This document shows positions 9,204-18,897 of a stretch of 64,000 bases of DNA, in pieces. Source of the DNA: a bacterium (GTDB lineage: Bacteria; Bacteroidota; Ignavibacteria; UBA10030); NCBI GenBank assembly GCA_043803945.1, contig JAZDJN010000026.1:35569-99568 (forward strand), written 5' to 3'. Made by a program: the position numbers and the translations under genes. The notes below the pieces were generated by a model. It was not told the DNA's origin. It saw nothing but the letters and a program-made list of their open reading frames with translations, and made no database searches. Position 1 is the first letter of the stretch; the number at the start of each line of letters is the position of its first letter.

Positions 9204-10142
9204 ATGAACAACTCACCCAATAATTCTTCACGCCGCCGATTTTTCCGTGACGCTGCTCTTGGAGCAACTGCTCTCATGGCCTCCGTTCCTGATCTCTTCG
9301 GCAAGGGAAAAACCATCGATCAAGTGAACACGGGATTTAAGCTGAACTATGCTCCTCCATTTGGTATGTTCGAACAGCTTGCCGGGAAGAATATTATCGA
9401 CCAGATAAAGTACATTGCCGATCAGGGTTTTCATGCGATCTTCGATAATGGTCTTATGAATCGCCCCATTGCAGACCAGGAAGCCATTGCACGCGAAACC
9501 GAGCATTTGAAGATGATCATCGGGCCTTTTGTCGCCTATGCAGATTTCTCCGTGAAGTCGTTTGTTACGCGTGATCCGGCTATTCGCGAGATGCTTGCCG
9601 GCAGACTCAAAACAGCGATTGAAACATCTCAGAGAACCAATGTTAAATCTGCGCTGATGGTCCCGGGAAGGTTTGATGAAAGCCTGGATTGGGACTACCA
9701 GACCAATAATGTCATCGAAAATCTCAAGTGGTGTGCCGGGATCTGTGAACCGGCCGGACTCATAATCGTGATCGAACCGCTGAATCCAAAAAACCATCCG
9801 GGTTTGTTTCTAACAAAAATGTCTCAGTCATTCCAGATTGTCCGTGCAGTAAACAACCCCTGCTGCAAAATTGTGGAGGATATCTACCACCAGCAGATTA
9901 CCGAAGGAAATATCATTCCCAACATCGATGCATGCTGGTCGGAAATTGGCGCATTTCATCTGGGCGATACCCCGGGGCGCAAGGAGCCGGGGACAGGCGA
10001 ACTTAATTATAAAATGATCTTTAAACACATCGCTTCCAAGGGATATAAAGGCGTTCTCTGCATGGAGCATGGCAAAAGCCGTTCCGGGAAAGAGGGCGAA
10101 CAGGCAGTGATTGATTCCTATCGGGCATGCGATAATTTCTAA
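9204..10142 (+). CDS. Tat-exported hydroxypyruvate isomerase-like TIM barrel protein
   Basis: SRRRFF twin-arginine signal; IEPLN, DIYHQQITEGN, DTPGRKEPGTGELNY motifs. Confidence 0.85.
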   Translation: MNNSPNNSSRRRFFRDAALGATALMASVPDLFGKGKTIDQVNTGFKLNYAPPFGMFEQLAGKNIIDQIKYIADQGFHAIFDNGLMNRPIADQEAIARETEHLKMIIGPFVAYADFSVKSFVTRDPAIREMLAGRLKTAIETSQRTNVKSALMVPGRFDESLDWDYQTNNVIENLKWCAGICEPAGLIIVIEPLNPKNHPGLFLTKMSQSFQIVRAVNNPCCKIVEDIYHQQITEGNIIPNIDACWSEIGAFHLGDTPGRKEPGTGELNYKMIFKHIASKGYKGVLCMEHGKSRSGKEGEQAVIDSYRACDNF

Positions 10143-10152
10143 AGGAGCAACA

Positions 10153-11469
10153 ATGGAACATTTATCTCGAACACTCGAGTCTGGTATGACCAGGCGTAAT
10201 TTTATCAAAACGACATCGGCAGCATCGCTGGCAGTGCTTGCATCCAACGCCGCCGTTCTGCATGCAGCAGATGCAGGGAAAATTCGTGTCGGGCTTGTCG
10301 GCTGCGGCGGCCGTGGGACGGGAGCGGCAATCGATTGTGTGACTGCATCGTCCGATGTTGTGATCACCGCGCTCGGCGACCTCTTTCCCGATATGCTTGA
10401 ATCGTCTCTCAAGCGGCTGAAGGAGAAGGTGAAGGAAGAAAATCTTGCGGTCACTCCCGAACTCTGTTTCACCGGTTTCGATGCCTATAAGAAAGTCGTC
10501 GCAGCGGATGTCGATTTAGTGATTCTTGGTGCGCCGCCATTCTTCCGGCCTCAGCATCTTCAGGCCGCAGTCGAAGCGGGAAAGCATGTCTTCATGGAGA
10601 AACCTGTTGCAGTCGATCCGGCTGGCGTGCGATCGGTGATTACCAGTTCAGACATCGCTCAGCAAAAGCGTCTCTCTCTTGTAGCCGGTACACAGCGCCG
10701 GCATCAGGCTCACTACCTCGAAGTGATGAAGCGTATTAAAGGAGGAGACATCGGCGAGGTTGTCGGCGGCCAATGCTACTGGAACATGGGTGCATTGTGG
10801 CTCGACCGTGCAGCACAAAACTGGTCGGATCGCACAAGCAAAAAATGGTCAGACATGGAGTGGCACATCCGGAACTGGCTCTTCACAGTCTGGTGCAGCG
10901 GCGATCATATCGTCGAACAGCACGTCCATAATCTTGATGTGATGAACTGGGCAATCGGGTCTCATCCGGTGAAGTGCACAGGCATGGGAGGCCGGGCAGC
11001 ACGGACCGAGCCGATGTTCGGCAATGTATTCGATCACTTTACGGTTGAGTATGAATATGCCAACGGGGCACGCATTCTCAGCATGTGCCGCCAAACTGCA
11101 GGTGCAACCGATAACGTTTCTGAACGCGTTGTGGGTACGAAAGGTTTTTCCTACACCGATGGCGCCGATGGCTATATCAAAGGAGCGCAACCGTACGCCA
11201 CCGAGAAGTCCTCTCCCAATCCCTATGTGCAGGAACATATTGACCTTCTGGAAAGCATCAGAGCGGGCAAGCCAATTAACGAAGGAAGGCAAGTCGCTGA
11301 GAGCACACTGACGGCGATTATGGGAAGGATGAGCGCATATACAGGGAGATCCCTAAGCTGGGATTGGGTGATGAACGCATCCAAACTTGACCTGACTCCG
11401 CCTCACCTCGAATGGAAATCGTTGCCGCCGCTTGAGGTGGCGATACCGGGGAAAACAGAACTCATATAG
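10153..11469 (+). CDS. Tat-exported Gfo/Idh/MocA oxidoreductase
   Basis: TRRNFIK Tat motif; GLVGCGGRGTGA, MEKPVA, EQHVHNLD; SD AAGGAG. Confidence 0.92.
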   Translation: MEHLSRTLESGMTRRNFIKTTSAASLAVLASNAAVLHAADAGKIRVGLVGCGGRGTGAAIDCVTASSDVVITALGDLFPDMLESSLKRLKEKVKEENLAVTPELCFTGFDAYKKVVAADVDLVILGAPPFFRPQHLQAAVEAGKHVFMEKPVAVDPAGVRSVITSSDIAQQKRLSLVAGTQRRHQAHYLEVMKRIKGGDIGEVVGGQCYWNMGALWLDRAAQNWSDRTSKKWSDMEWHIRNWLFTVWCSGDHIVEQHVHNLDVMNWAIGSHPVKCTGMGGRAARTEPMFGNVFDHFTVEYEYANGARILSMCRQTAGATDNVSERVVGTKGFSYTDGADGYIKGAQPYATEKSSPNPYVQEHIDLLESIRAGKPINEGRQVAESTLTAIMGRMSAYTGRSLSWDWVMNASKLDLTPPHLEWKSLPPLEVAIPGKTELI

Positions 11470-11509
11470 AAGAAGATTTTCTCGTTCAACAGTTCTGCTT
11501 GCATCTTAA

Positions 11510-11741
11510 TCTCGATCCCAAACTCTGTTTGGGATCGCCCCAAGGCATTTTGAGAAAATAGAAGCAGAGCTTCAAGCGACACGTGCCCAAGCGGATAGGG
11601 TGTGTGAAAAATGTATCTCTTTGTTTGGTAATCTCACTGAATATGAATATGCATTCCGTTTTTGTAGAATCTGGATCCCAGCTTTCGCTGGGATGACATC
11701 TCGATAGAGTTTTCGCACAGTCTGAGAGCTTGGGAACGGGA
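11510..11741. repeat. CCCAA..TTGGG REP cluster interrupted by a TIR element
   Basis: CCCAAACTCTGTTTGGG, GAAGCAGAGCTTC and CCCAAGCGGA|GCTTGGG hairpins; the last is split by 11597-11723. Confidence 0.75.
11597..11723. mobile_element. MITE-like element carrying a GGATCCCAGC..GCTGGGATGAC REP
   Basis: AGGGTGTGTGAAAA ... TTTTCGCACAGTCT (11/14 inverted match). Confidence 0.65.
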
Positions 11742-11788
11742 TGAAAGGGGAATCCGTATACGTTGTTTGAGGGGAAGACGAGAGACTA

Positions 11789-13390
11789 ATGAGCTTACCA
11801 ATATTTCGATGGGCACATAGATCTGTTCTGCAGAAAAAAGAAAAGCATTCTTCCAGTTTGATTCAGGTAATTGCAGACTACCAACATAGGCATCCCTATG
11901 CCACAGCAGGTGCATTAGGTTTGCTCGGCGGTGCAATAATTGCAGGTGGTGTCCATACTTCTGACAACACAATGTATGCTCAGGATGGTAGAAAAGTCTT
12001 AAAGAAAGATGCAGGCTCAAGCGCAAACCTGACTTTGAAAGTTTATACTTCAGACGATTCAACAGCTGTCCTGAATTACCTTGCAAATCTCAGGAGCGGA
12101 ACTCAGATAATCAAATCACTGACACCTGCTGCAGGCTCAAATGCAGTCACATTCACAAACCTTGCAACGCCAGTTGAACAGGTTGGAAATGAAATCCCGA
12201 CAGGCTATGATTTGATGCAGAACTATCCAAACCCTTTCAATCCGTCGACAACAATAAGGTTTGCAATCCCAAAGCAGGGACCTGTTTCAATAAAAGCATA
12301 CAATGAAGCCGGACAGGAAGTCGGAACTCTTGTTGACAAAGTATTGGATGCAGGAGTGCACCAGTTTAGCTGGTCGCCAAACACAGCGTCAGGTGTTTAT
12401 TTTGTCGACATGGTTGCAGGCAACTATCGCGAAACAATTAAAACAGTTAATCTTGGCAGCGGAAACGGTTCAAGCATAGTCAGCGCTCCAAGCATTGTCG
12501 GTTCAGTCCAGCAGCCTCAGGCGTCATTTAATGATGTGACTGGTTTCCATGCATCGCTTGGCAAAATTTTGCAGCAGTACGGCATTGATCTAAGCGGGGG
12601 CGATCCTCCACTAGTGGCAACTTCTCTCGGACTTGATTTAACAAAAGATACAATACTGGTGGTCTATGCAAAAAGGGACCAGAGAAGCATTGGCGGCACC
12701 TTAACTGATTATGAAGGCAAGCCAGTGCAGGGTTATCTGCTCGCAATAAACGCAAATAAAGACACTGCAGTTGCAAAAGCAGATGCAAATGGAAGGTTTG
12801 CTCTGAACACAAAAAGATCCTTAGGCGACACAATAAAGGCGCAGATATTAAACAAAAATCACCCAGACGGATTCATCAGGACAATTTATGCTCCTGGTGG
12901 CCTAGACTTGAATAATCTCACCATAGATGCAATCCCATTGCTGGCTGATTCTGTATTCATCGGTCCAGACACTCTTGCTAGCTTTGCATGGGAAGCGAAT
13001 TTCCAGCCTTGGTCACACAAATACGAAGGATTGAAAAAAGCCGATTTAAACAATTTGTTTGAAGTAATCTCTAGTACCTCTTGGAAAGGTGGGAAGATCA
13101 CACCAGATGAGCAACTTTCCATAAAACAGATTATAGGACAAGATACTCTGTATAACCCTGCACCAGTGCAAGAAGGATTAAGTGCAAGAGTGGCTCCATC
13201 TGAAGTTGGCATTACAAGTAAAATAAAACCAAGTCAAACGGTCCTCCATAAAAATACTGCAAAAAAAGAAATCCAACCAGCAGATGACTGGTTAATATTA
13301 ATCGCAGAAAATTATGCACCAAAAACAAGTTTTTATGTACTTATGAAAATTGGAAATCTTGAGCAGGTTTACAACAGACTGAAGAAATAA
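11789..13390 (+). CDS. Membrane-anchored protein with an internal T9SS C-terminal-sorting-like domain
   Basis: IPTGYDLMQNYPNPFNPSTTIRFAIP...ASGVYF at about aa 135-220 of 533; N-terminal TM; AT-rich, with A-ending codons. Confidence 0.75.
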   Translation: MSLPIFRWAHRSVLQKKEKHSSSLIQVIADYQHRHPYATAGALGLLGGAIIAGGVHTSDNTMYAQDGRKVLKKDAGSSANLTLKVYTSDDSTAVLNYLANLRSGTQIIKSLTPAAGSNAVTFTNLATPVEQVGNEIPTGYDLMQNYPNPFNPSTTIRFAIPKQGPVSIKAYNEAGQEVGTLVDKVLDAGVHQFSWSPNTASGVYFVDMVAGNYRETIKTVNLGSGNGSSIVSAPSIVGSVQQPQASFNDVTGFHASLGKILQQYGIDLSGGDPPLVATSLGLDLTKDTILVVYAKRDQRSIGGTLTDYEGKPVQGYLLAINANKDTAVAKADANGRFALNTKRSLGDTIKAQILNKNHPDGFIRTIYAPGGLDLNNLTIDAIPLLADSVFIGPDTLASFAWEANFQPWSHKYEGLKKADLNNLFEVISSTSWKGGKITPDEQLSIKQIIGQDTLYNPAPVQEGLSARVAPSEVGITSKIKPSQTVLHKNTAKKEIQPADDWLILIAENYAPKTSFYVLMKIGNLEQVYNRLKK

Positions 13391-13394
13391 CTTG

Positions 13395-13836
13395 CTAATT
13401 CTCTAGCATTAATACAATTTTTGCTATGAACTTCCTTGCATTTTCAAATATTTCCTTGACCTGCCTTTCAGTATAAGATTTTATCGCAGAGTATCTTGCA
13501 ATATGGCTTTCCTTTTTTGCCTCTGCAAAATACCTTACATATTCCTCCTCAAATATCTTTTGTGATTGGTTCAGTATTTCCAAATCTTCTTTTTCAATTT
13601 TGTCAGGAACAAGTAAATGTCCAAGTGCAACCTGCGCAGCATCGTGGCTTTTTACTTCATAGCCTTTTGATAATATGGCTGCTTTGGCAGCATAAAGCAT
13701 TGAATAATAGCTGATAACTATCGCCCAATAATGCCAGTATAATTTCTCAGGTTGGCTTTCATTCGGTTTTATGTCCTTATGAAAGGCAGCAATCTGTAAG
13801 CTGTTTTCAGACTTTTCAAGAAAAAGCTTTATCACA
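13395..13836 (-). pseudogene. HEPN domain protein, 5' end replaced by repeats
   Basis: FLEKSENSL, WAIVISYYSMLYAAKAAILSKG, KSHDAA, ARY motifs. The first ~40 aa of the tracked ORF (13837-13955) are translated repeat DNA. Confidence 0.7.
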
Positions 13837-13906
13837 CTAGCCCGAAGGCGTCTCGCCGAGGGAAAAAGCGAAATTATTGTGCTCGGCGGGGACGCCTTCG
13901 CACTAG
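13835..13906. repeat. CTAG-led REP doublet
   Basis: CGAAGGCGTCTCGCCGAG ... CTCGGCGGGGACGCCTTCG inverted pair, with CACTAG on both sides. Confidence 0.8.
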
Positions 13907-13933
13907 AAAATACTTTTTGGTCTCCGCCCCAGG

Positions 13934-14036
13934 GAAGTAGAGCTTCAAGCGACACGTGCCCAAGCGGAGCTTAGGCACGAGATGAAAAAACGTGAAGATG
14001 TGATTTAAAGTATCACGGTAGGACCGTGACACCCCC
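13934..14036. repeat. Second copy of the CCCAAG REP cluster plus a single GTCACG-type REP
   Basis: 13939-13968 is identical to 11566-11595 (30 bp). TCACGGTAGGACCGTGACACCC at ~14014-14035. Confidence 0.85.
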
Positions 14037-14056
14037 GCGAACGAGATGACTTCTGT

Positions 14057-17000
14057 TTACCTCTTCACCGGGAGTGTACTTCTGAATGTATACTTTCCCG
14101 ATTCTATTTCATACAACGCCCTCCCGCGTTCGATCCGGAGGAAGCGAATTCCCTTCAGACTCTGAATGGGTTTCCTACTCTCCGTAACGGACTTTACGTC
14201 GCCAGTAGGTATACCAATGGTTGCCGTGGTATTCGCCGGAATCGTTATCTTCCATTCAAACCGATCTTTTGTCCTTCTCCATTCACTGGCAATCAATCCG
14301 TAGGGTGAGCGGTGCGATGCCCTGATGTGTGTCAAATCACCGACGACGGTTGGATGCATGAGGAGGTGTTTGAATCCGGGTTGCACCGGATCGGGTTTGA
14401 TACCGGCAAGGTGCTCGTAAAACCAAATAACAAGGTCACCGACAAGCATCACATGATTACCTGAGTTCATAGCCGGATCGGCGCTGTCACCGTTCCAGAG
14501 TTCCCAGATGGTCGTTGCGCCCCGCTCTGCCATATATCCCCAACTGGGGTAGGTCGTATTCGTCGCAAATTTGTATACAAGGTCTGGGCGGTCAATGTCT
14601 GATAGCACCCGGCAGAGCCATTGCCCGCCGACGAGCCCGGTTCCGATATGCCCCTTTGTCTCATTGATGATTTTCGATATGAGATGTGAAGAGACACGAT
14701 CGCGTTCGCTGGGAGGAACCATTCCGAATGCCAGCGGCAGGACACAAGAGGTTTGCGAACCGTTATCGTAATATCCCTTCTCCAGTTTATAGAATTGCTG
14801 GTTCAACGCTCTGTTCAACTCTCCAGCAAGAGTTATAAAATGTGTTGCATCATCCTGCTTCCCTAACATTCCGGCATAACGTGACATCAACTGTAAATCA
14901 TAATAGAAATATGTTGTAGCGAGAATCCCCGGTGCGGTCTTGCGCATGGGATCCTGGGAATGAATCAATACAGGATCCTCAGGCGGTACACACCAATCCC
15001 CATAACTGTCACGCGTAATGATACCGTCCTTGATATATCCGGACATATGATCGATCCACAGTTTCATGCTGGAGTAATGCCTTGCAATGAGACTGCTGTC
15101 GGCGTACTGGTCGAGCAGAGTACCGGGAATAATCACCGTACTGCTTGGCCAGGTGACATTATCATTGTACAGAGGCCAATACGCAGGGCAGACATCGCTG
15201 ACACTTCCATTTTCCTTCTGTGCGTCTGCCATATCCTGAATCCACTTGGAATAGAGGGCAGCAATGTTGAAGAGGTACGTTTCACCTTTGGATTCTGCCG
15301 AACGATCGCCAAGCCATCCCTGCCTTTCATCACGCTGCGGGCAATCGGTGGAGATGCTGCGGTAATTTCCTTTTACTCCCCAGACAATATTGTTGTACGT
15401 CCGGTTGATGATTGCATTCGATGTGGTGAACTCTCCGGCTTGTTCAACATCATCATTCACCACACATCCTTCGATAGCCGATAGGGTTGGTTTGCCGGGG
15501 AATCCGGTGACTTCAACAAACCGGAATCCATGGTACGTGAATCGCGGCTCGTATGGTTCTATTTCTTCTCCTTTCAGCGTGTAACAATCGGTCACCAGTG
15601 CGCCCCGAATGTTGTCGAGATATAAACCGCCATCGGGCTTTAAAGTTTCGGCGTGACGCAGTTTCACATGCGTGCCTCGCTGTCCCTTCACAATAAGCCG
15701 GCACCAGCCAACCATGTTCTGGCCCATATCGAAAATGAAAACCCCGGGCTGTGGTTCGGTGATCGCAATCGGTTTCAACTTCCCGGTCACACGGATAGGA
15801 TTGATCATCTGAGCCCTGAGTGCTCCTCCCGGAGCTGAAACCACGGATGGGATTTTCCATTGTGTGTCATCATAACCGCTGCGGCTCCAATTGCCCAATT
15901 CCATTCTTGCATCGTACTCTTCACCATCGTATTCATTGTTTGCCCTTATCGGACCTTCGGTTGTTAATTTCCAGGTCTTATCACTCATCACAACCATGGT
16001 GCTCCCGTTAGTATATTCGCAGCGGAGCTGGAGAAGAAGTTTTGGGTAACCATAGGTCGTGGTGGTGGTCGGTTGGCGAAGCCGTGGAGCGAAGTAGCGT
16101 CCGTTCCCCAAGATCACACCGATGGCATTGTTTCCCTTCTGAATAAGAGACGTAACATCGTGGGTCACATAGAACACGCGTTTAGGGTACTCACTGAGTG
16201 CAGGGGAAAGAACGTGATTACTCACTTTGGTTCCATTTAAATACAATTCAGAGAGCCCTAATCCCGATATCGAAACAGTTGCCCGCTGAAGGATTTTGGT
16301 GCTGGTAAATTCCTTGCGTAACCAGCGCGCAGGCAGTCGACGGTCTTCCAGTCCATAGAGCTTTCCCCATGGAGCCATTCCTGCTGGACCAAGCACCTTC
16401 GAAGAACACCACTCTGAGTCATTTAATGGTATTGATTCCCAACCTGTAATTTCCCTGTTCATCGTTTTCCATGTTGAGTCGGTTTGTAATTGCATCGATG
16501 ATCCGTCGGTGAAGAGCATCGTCAGCAGGCCGACGAATCCCGCCGGATTTGGTTTCTCTCCGATATTCTTCACTTCGACTGCGATAAGGTTCGATCCGGG
16601 CCTGATCTTTTTTGTCAAGTCGATATCGAGAACACTGCGATGATCGTCGTGCCGGAGAATGTTCTCTCCATTGAAGAACAGGGTCGATTGATTGTCGCCG
16701 GTGAAATAGAAGTGCGCAGATTGCAGAGTGTGCTGTTCGGGCAATTGGAATTGACGACGAAAATAGCGGGCAGCGACAGGTGCAGACTCTTGAGGCTTTC
16801 CCTCAGGATACCAGATCCAGTTCGTTCCGGTAAGCTGTATTGTTTTATCTTCCTCGTCACGTCCGATCCACGAAGCTTTCCAATCATCTGCGGAGAGCAA
16901 GCCCATAGTCCAGTGTGCAGGGTTGCTCCAACCGGAAGGGCGTCCATTCCTGTCCCATACTTGCACTTTCCAGAAGCAGGTCATCGATGATTGGAGCGGT

Positions 17001-17323
17001 GATCCGGCATACCGAATATGAATGGATTGATCGGAAAGAACCTTCCCGCTATTCCAGAGATCGGGAGAGTTGGCCAGAAGTTTTTTCTTGCTGCTTGCTA
17101 CCATGACCTGGTAAGCTGTTTGGCGTTCACCCTGTTCGGCAGTGTTTAGAATCCAGCTCAGCCGGGGCTGGAGAATATCGATCCCGAGTGGATCGCGTAA
17201 GAACTCACATCGTAAATCACCTGGTGGTTGTTGATTTGCGAATGCAGGTGATTGGCTGAACGACAGGAGAAAGCAATAAAAGAAAATGATTAGCGAGAAT
17301 TCGGCAAGATTTTGTGTGTTCAT
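14057..17323 (-). CDS. Alpha-L-rhamnosidase, glycoside hydrolase family 78
   Basis: LRCEFLRDPLGID, DMGQNMVGW, TDCPQRDERQGWLGD, GATTIWELWN, MNSGNH motifs; signal peptide. Confidence 0.95.
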   Translation of the reverse strand: MNTQNLAEFSLIIFFYCFLLSFSQSPAFANQQPPGDLRCEFLRDPLGIDILQPRLSWILNTAEQGERQTAYQVMVASSKKKLLANSPDLWNSGKVLSDQSIHIRYAGSPLQSSMTCFWKVQVWDRNGRPSGWSNPAHWTMGLLSADDWKASWIGRDEEDKTIQLTGTNWIWYPEGKPQESAPVAARYFRRQFQLPEQHTLQSAHFYFTGDNQSTLFFNGENILRHDDHRSVLDIDLTKKIRPGSNLIAVEVKNIGEKPNPAGFVGLLTMLFTDGSSMQLQTDSTWKTMNREITGWESIPLNDSEWCSSKVLGPAGMAPWGKLYGLEDRRLPARWLRKEFTSTKILQRATVSISGLGLSELYLNGTKVSNHVLSPALSEYPKRVFYVTHDVTSLIQKGNNAIGVILGNGRYFAPRLRQPTTTTTYGYPKLLLQLRCEYTNGSTMVVMSDKTWKLTTEGPIRANNEYDGEEYDARMELGNWSRSGYDDTQWKIPSVVSAPGGALRAQMINPIRVTGKLKPIAITEPQPGVFIFDMGQNMVGWCRLIVKGQRGTHVKLRHAETLKPDGGLYLDNIRGALVTDCYTLKGEEIEPYEPRFTYHGFRFVEVTGFPGKPTLSAIEGCVVNDDVEQAGEFTTSNAIINRTYNNIVWGVKGNYRSISTDCPQRDERQGWLGDRSAESKGETYLFNIAALYSKWIQDMADAQKENGSVSDVCPAYWPLYNDNVTWPSSTVIIPGTLLDQYADSSLIARHYSSMKLWIDHMSGYIKDGIITRDSYGDWCVPPEDPVLIHSQDPMRKTAPGILATTYFYYDLQLMSRYAGMLGKQDDATHFITLAGELNRALNQQFYKLEKGYYDNGSQTSCVLPLAFGMVPPSERDRVSSHLISKIINETKGHIGTGLVGGQWLCRVLSDIDRPDLVYKFATNTTYPSWGYMAERGATTIWELWNGDSADPAMNSGNHVMLVGDLVIWFYEHLAGIKPDPVQPGFKHLLMHPTVVGDLTHIRASHRSPYGLIASEWRRTKDRFEWKITIPANTTATIGIPTGDVKSVTESRKPIQSLKGIRFLRIERGRALYEIESGKYTFRSTLPVKR

Positions 17324-17491
17324 TTCGACTCTCCTTTAGTGTGAAGGAAAGGATGCTTTTCGGAAATATGATCGGCATGGTTACTCATTGGCAAGAACAT
17401 GATTCGAGAAGATTTTTATTATCGTCTCAATTGTAATGTTCAGTGAGACCGTTTAAAACGGTTAAATCCTACCAGCTTACAATTCATAACG

Positions 17492-17618
17492 GGGTTGACC
17501 AAAAAGAAAAAAACTAGGGCGTCACGAACCACTTCGTGACGCAATATGCGGAAAACATTCAGATTTCTTGTGTCACGGTGTGGACCGTGACACCCTTGGC
17601 GTACTTTTTAGTCAGCCC
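17492..17618. mobile_element. MITE-like element: TIR shell around the GTCACG REP doublet
   Basis: GGGTTGACCAAAAAG ... CTTTTTAGTCAGCCC (13/15 inverted). Sits between ACCGTTTAAAACGGT and AAACGGTTTTAACCGTTT palindromes. Confidence 0.8.
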
Positions 17619-17682
17619 TAAAAAGATAAAAAATCTTCGTAAACGGTTTTAACCGTTTTCACAACAGGAACAGTAAATTATT

Positions 17683-18666
17683 TCAATCATCGTAAGAAGC
17701 CTTCTTTTGTTTCTGAATGAACCACTCAACAAACTGTTTCACTCCGGTCTCGAAATCAACCTTTGGGCTGTAGCCTAACAATGCATGTGCTTTTCGAATA
17801 TCAGCATGGGTGTGTTTCATCTCGCTTGGATGTTCGGGTTCATACACTATCGTCAGTGGTCGTTGCAGATGCGAGGCCAGGAGATGAAGAACGTCGAGCA
17901 TCTTGTGAGGAGTATTGTTTCCGATGTTGATGATGAGATCGGACTGCTGATGATCACCAAGATAGTCAACCGAGGCGACAATGCCCTGAATGACATCATC
18001 GACGTGGGTGTAATCGCGTGAGGAATCACCCGCGCCGAAAATCTGAATGCGCGATCCCTCGAAAATCAGACGGCAGAATTTATGAATTGCTAAATCCGGT
18101 CTCTGGCGGGGGCCATAGACATTGAACAACCGCAGAACTATGGAGTTGAAACCATAGTCACGGTGGTATGCGTGAAACAGAGATTCACAAATTTGCTTTG
18201 TGCTTGCATAAACAGAGAGAGGCACAGTTGATTGATGGTCTTCTTCAAAGGGAGCGATGGCATCTCTTCCGTACACAGAAGAGGAGGAAGTAAAGATAAT
18301 GTTGTGACACCCGGAAGCACGCATCCAGTCGAGCACGGCAAGCGTGCCAAAAATATTATTCAGGATGGTATCATGAGGATGGCGCTGCGATTGGAGGATA
18401 CCGGTTTTAGCTGCGGTATGAACTACAACGTCGATCTTATGGTGTGCAAGCGCCTTCAGAAGTGAGTTTGGAGCGCACAGATTAAGCTCATAAAACTGAA
18501 ATGATGGATGAGAGAGCAACAACGAAAGATTCTGTTCTTTCAGAGAACGATCATAGAATGGATCGAAGTTGTCGATGCCGATCACCTGATCATTTCGCAG
18601 CAGCAGCTTCTCACAAAGATGTGAACCGATAAATCCAGCGGCACCGGTTACCAGGATACTTGCCAT
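17683..18666 (-). CDS. NAD-dependent nucleotide-sugar epimerase (UDP-glucuronate 4-epimerase-like)
   Basis: GAAGFIG, SSSSVYG, YASTK, VYGPRQRPDLAIHKF. Confidence 0.92.
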   Translation of the reverse strand: MASILVTGAAGFIGSHLCEKLLLRNDQVIGIDNFDPFYDRSLKEQNLSLLLSHPSFQFYELNLCAPNSLLKALAHHKIDVVVHTAAKTGILQSQRHPHDTILNNIFGTLAVLDWMRASGCHNIIFTSSSSVYGRDAIAPFEEDHQSTVPLSVYASTKQICESLFHAYHRDYGFNSIVLRLFNVYGPRQRPDLAIHKFCRLIFEGSRIQIFGAGDSSRDYTHVDDVIQGIVASVDYLGDHQQSDLIINIGNNTPHKMLDVLHLLASHLQRPLTIVYEPEHPSEMKHTHADIRKAHALLGYSPKVDFETGVKQFVEWFIQKQKKASYDD

Positions 18667-18897
18667 TCGGGTATTCTCTTATCAGTTGTGATGTGAAGAA
18701 TAAGCAAAGGCATAGTTAAGAAAACGATAGTTGGAGAATGATAACAGGGGAAGTTCGTGAAGCAATCGTTCTCATGCAATGTTCATTATCGGTCTGAAGG
18801 GAATTTCTCATTCCTGGCATTCCTTCAATTCCTTATAAATCAATCAACTCTGGTCACCAAACTTTTACCATCTTGCCTCGTATGCATCGATAGCCGC

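Noticed and set aside
9061-9267. Small ORFs over repeats (9061-9267, 5150-5353, 18757-19008, 63673-63873)
   Set aside because: They coincide with REP/MITE sequence and lack SD or protein motifs.
11566-13968. 30-bp direct repeat as attL/attR of an integrative element
   Set aside because: Both copies are parts of a palindromic REP cluster, the left copy is completed at ~11726-11740, and there is no integrase or tRNA. Kept only as a possible recombination or misassembly substrate.
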